Assembly: GCF_964204645.1 (NCBI RefSeq)
Contig: NC_134025.1
Coordinates: 3,224,001-3,288,000, forward strand
Origin: Tubulanus polymorphus
Taxonomy: Eukaryota; Animalia; Nemertea
DNA: 64,000 bases
Reading direction: 5' to 3'
Below, in pieces: positions 61,124 to 64,000 of the stretch (position 1 is its first letter; each line of letters starts with the position of its first letter). The position numbers were made by a program, and so were the translations under genes. Under the pieces are notes generated by a model that had not been told where the DNA came from, did not search any database, and was given only the letters and a program-made list of their open reading frames with translations.

Positions 61124-64000
61124 TTAAAGGAAATGACAGCTCGCTGGTGGAAGTCATTATGATGATTACAATCGCCAAAAAAACATGACTATTTCATAAA
61201 AGACAACATCAAAATGACTAAATCTAAGAAACTGAGGAGTTGGACTGAAGAGTTAGGTAGTCATCGTTTGTAAACTCAAATCGATTTCCTAATTTTTTTA
61301 CCGAGCTACAAGTTTTGATTCTGCCCTCAGAAAATGTCAAAACGATTGACAAATAGTTCGATGTTTTGACTGTCATCATCGACGATTTTTAGTCAAAACA
61401 TTCGTATTTCACAACTGACAATATATACTTTAACTAATTTCTTTTACTGAATGCAATAAGTATTATTATTTGATATCAGAAATTTCATTGAAAAAATGTT
61501 CAATGTAAGCATTTAATTCCTGATATTATGTTACGATACTGTATTGATATCAATGGTTGTAATATCGTATAATATTCCTATTGCATCTAGAGAATTTCTA
61601 CAAATCAATAGATATCTGATATTGATATTTTTGGACACTTTCTATATGGGTTAACACATGATTGAAATTGAAATAAGCCAGATATCAAAATGTTTCCTAT
61701 CTACATACCGGTAACTTACTAATTTTCTATCATTTTTTCTAGTATTCATGAGTTTTATTGCCTTGTATTTTGTATCTAATTCAAGGTTCTGTATCATTAG
61801 AGAAGAAGCCTTTTAGATTTTGCTGTGGACATGGATTTTCGAATTGGTTGATCTTTACACATTTTTAGAATTTCATTTTTACTCAATTTGGACGATCGAT
61901 TTACGAGATCGCTCACTCGGTTTCATCATACGAGTGGTCTTATATTGAGAGTATCATGTTCTTCAAGGCGCATTAGTCCCACTGATATTTCACTTCAATC
62001 ACATATCTTACATATGCATAGTATTCCGCGCAATGTAGTTCACTAACTGGTAAAATGAAAGATATAGATTTTTAACTCATGTCTATAGATCGGTCCGATA
62101 TCAGACCATTCGATACTTGAGTCCTATAACAGATGTTTTACGAGATTGAACTGATGTGGAATGCACTATAATTCACCATCGATCCAAACACAAATAAGAC
62201 AGATAATATGTGACACTGCTGTCATGGCCTCTTAAATCACGCAACCTCCGTACCCCGAAATGGCGAATGAAATTGCTGAAGAATGAGAAAATGACGATCT
62301 GAGATGCGTTATAAGGTGATGTAATCTGCGCAGATATATCACAGACGGTTATAAATCACACTGTCATAGACAAAGACTCATTACTCTCTTCACTAAATTA
62401 ACATTTTTTCTGATTTGAATCCTACGTAATGGATCCGTTCACTTTTGACTAGGACGCTTCGACGCTTCGTCAATACATTGTGCGTAAATAATTAATGCGT
62501 CTAATCTATTGTTGCTCAACTACACCAGTGTGACAATAAACCCGTAGCGTGGTGGCAGGCACAGCAACCTGGACGACATGGCTCAATCTAATTACACCCA
62601 GTTGTATGGCGTATGTTTGTCAATGCATAACACTACGAATATATCATCATCATACCAACTAATTATTCATAAGAGAATGAAAATTTAGATCAGAAATCTG
62701 ATAAATGTTCGGCTGAAATGTCATCCTCAGCAGGTCCAGAAATTTAGACCAAGATTTGAATAAAGTCTGCTAGGATTACGATGAAATTAGGTAGGTTCCG
62801 CCGACACGACAAGATTTCGGATTCGAAAAATATGCATAAAATATAATGTTGACAGAAAATATCGGTGAGATGCTGGTAGACTAAATAATGACACCTCGCG
62901 TAGAAAATCAATTTTTTCATCAATCTGTCTGTGTACAGACCATTTCATACATCACAGTCGCTGATTGCAATATCCAATATACCAATTTTCATAAATGTGC
63001 CAGGTATACATCTCAGGTTTATAGCTCTCTACCTCGTCTTAAGTGTTATGAAGCACGTATGACTTTTTAAGAACTTTCCAGAGCGATATCTCGGACTATG
63101 CAATAAGCAGACACTACACCTCCGACAATCATATTCTAATATACTTTATTTCGGTTGTTGTTCAAAGTAACCGATGAATGATGTACGTTTAATTTCCGGA
63201 AAGAAACTCATCTCTTAAAGTGAAAAACACAAAGAACTTTTTCTATGAACATAATCACGGCGCGTTGCGTATAGCCGCGCAGGCATAACGGCTGAAATTA
63301 TTCTCAAGACGTTCTCTTTGTGCTTCAAACAAAATGAATATTGTTGATACTTTGATGAAACGGATGAAGGGAAAACAACTGTTTATGATGTAAAAACCGA
63401 AACCGACCGTAATGAATTATTACTAAAAACAACAACAAGACAATTTTCGAGTTTCACCGGAGAAATGAGTGATGATGTAACGAGGCTTTTATTCATCTTT
63501 CAGACAACAATTGTCGATGAATTGTAAAAAAGATATGTTTTCCATAATGGCTCATAGAAAATCAGACACGAGCCCGACAAAAGAAGTTTCCCAGGTCTAC
63601 CTGGCGTAATCAATTTTCAATTTGACATCGCCGGCTTAAATAATGCAGCGTGGTTCTCTGTTGACTCTTTGTAGCCATGGAGCAGTAAATTTTTCCTAAA
63701 TCCATTTTCAAATACATTCTACCTATTAAACATTCAATAGCTGATTACGATGATTGGATGGGTATGCATATATAGAAAACTACATGTACGTACGTGAAAA
63801 AGGCTGATAAAACATTGCGATGAAAATTCCCTGGGATCGAATTTCTATTAAGTGGATATGAAACGCAGACAGCGTTGAACTCAAACTGATATGAGTTTTG
63901 ACCTATGATCAAAGGCAATGTGTGGGATTACAGACATAATTTACTGTCAATAGTAATCTAACAATCGCAAATAAATCGGTAGCAAGTTTCATGCACCGAA

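Noticed and set aside
60764-64000. Further PLEKHH exons or a nested gene
   Set aside because: No frame with MyTH4/FERM similarity or a consistent splice pair was found; treated as intron.

Overview
A gene-dense, AT-rich animal genomic window (spliceosomal GT-AG introns, mostly 70-100 nt; probably a lophotrochozoan or similar invertebrate, by inference), not prokaryotic. Eleven protein-coding genes can be rebuilt exon by exon: NAALADase/glutamate carboxypeptidase II-like (-, runs off the left edge), Nova (+), GCHFR/GFRP (-, 84 aa, absent from the ORF track), RMDN2/3-like (+), a C16orf89/UPF0764-like membrane protein (+), an unrecognised multi-exon gene (-), Rab1 (-), AK7 (+), presenilin (+), a SERTA-domain gene (-) and the FERM-encoding 3' end of a PLEKHH1/2-like gene (-, runs off the right edge). 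Several MITE-like elements and microsatellites sit in introns. The most interesting signal is a candidate Nova autoregulatory circuit: dense YCAY clusters in Nova's own introns and 3' UTR, a putative 3' UTR intron and a candidate truncating exon. Also notable are the GCHFR-RMDN head-to-head pair shared with human, a modular Rab1/AK7 bidirectional promoter, and a MITE flanked by an ~85-bp direct repeat. All splice models are manual predictions without transcript data.
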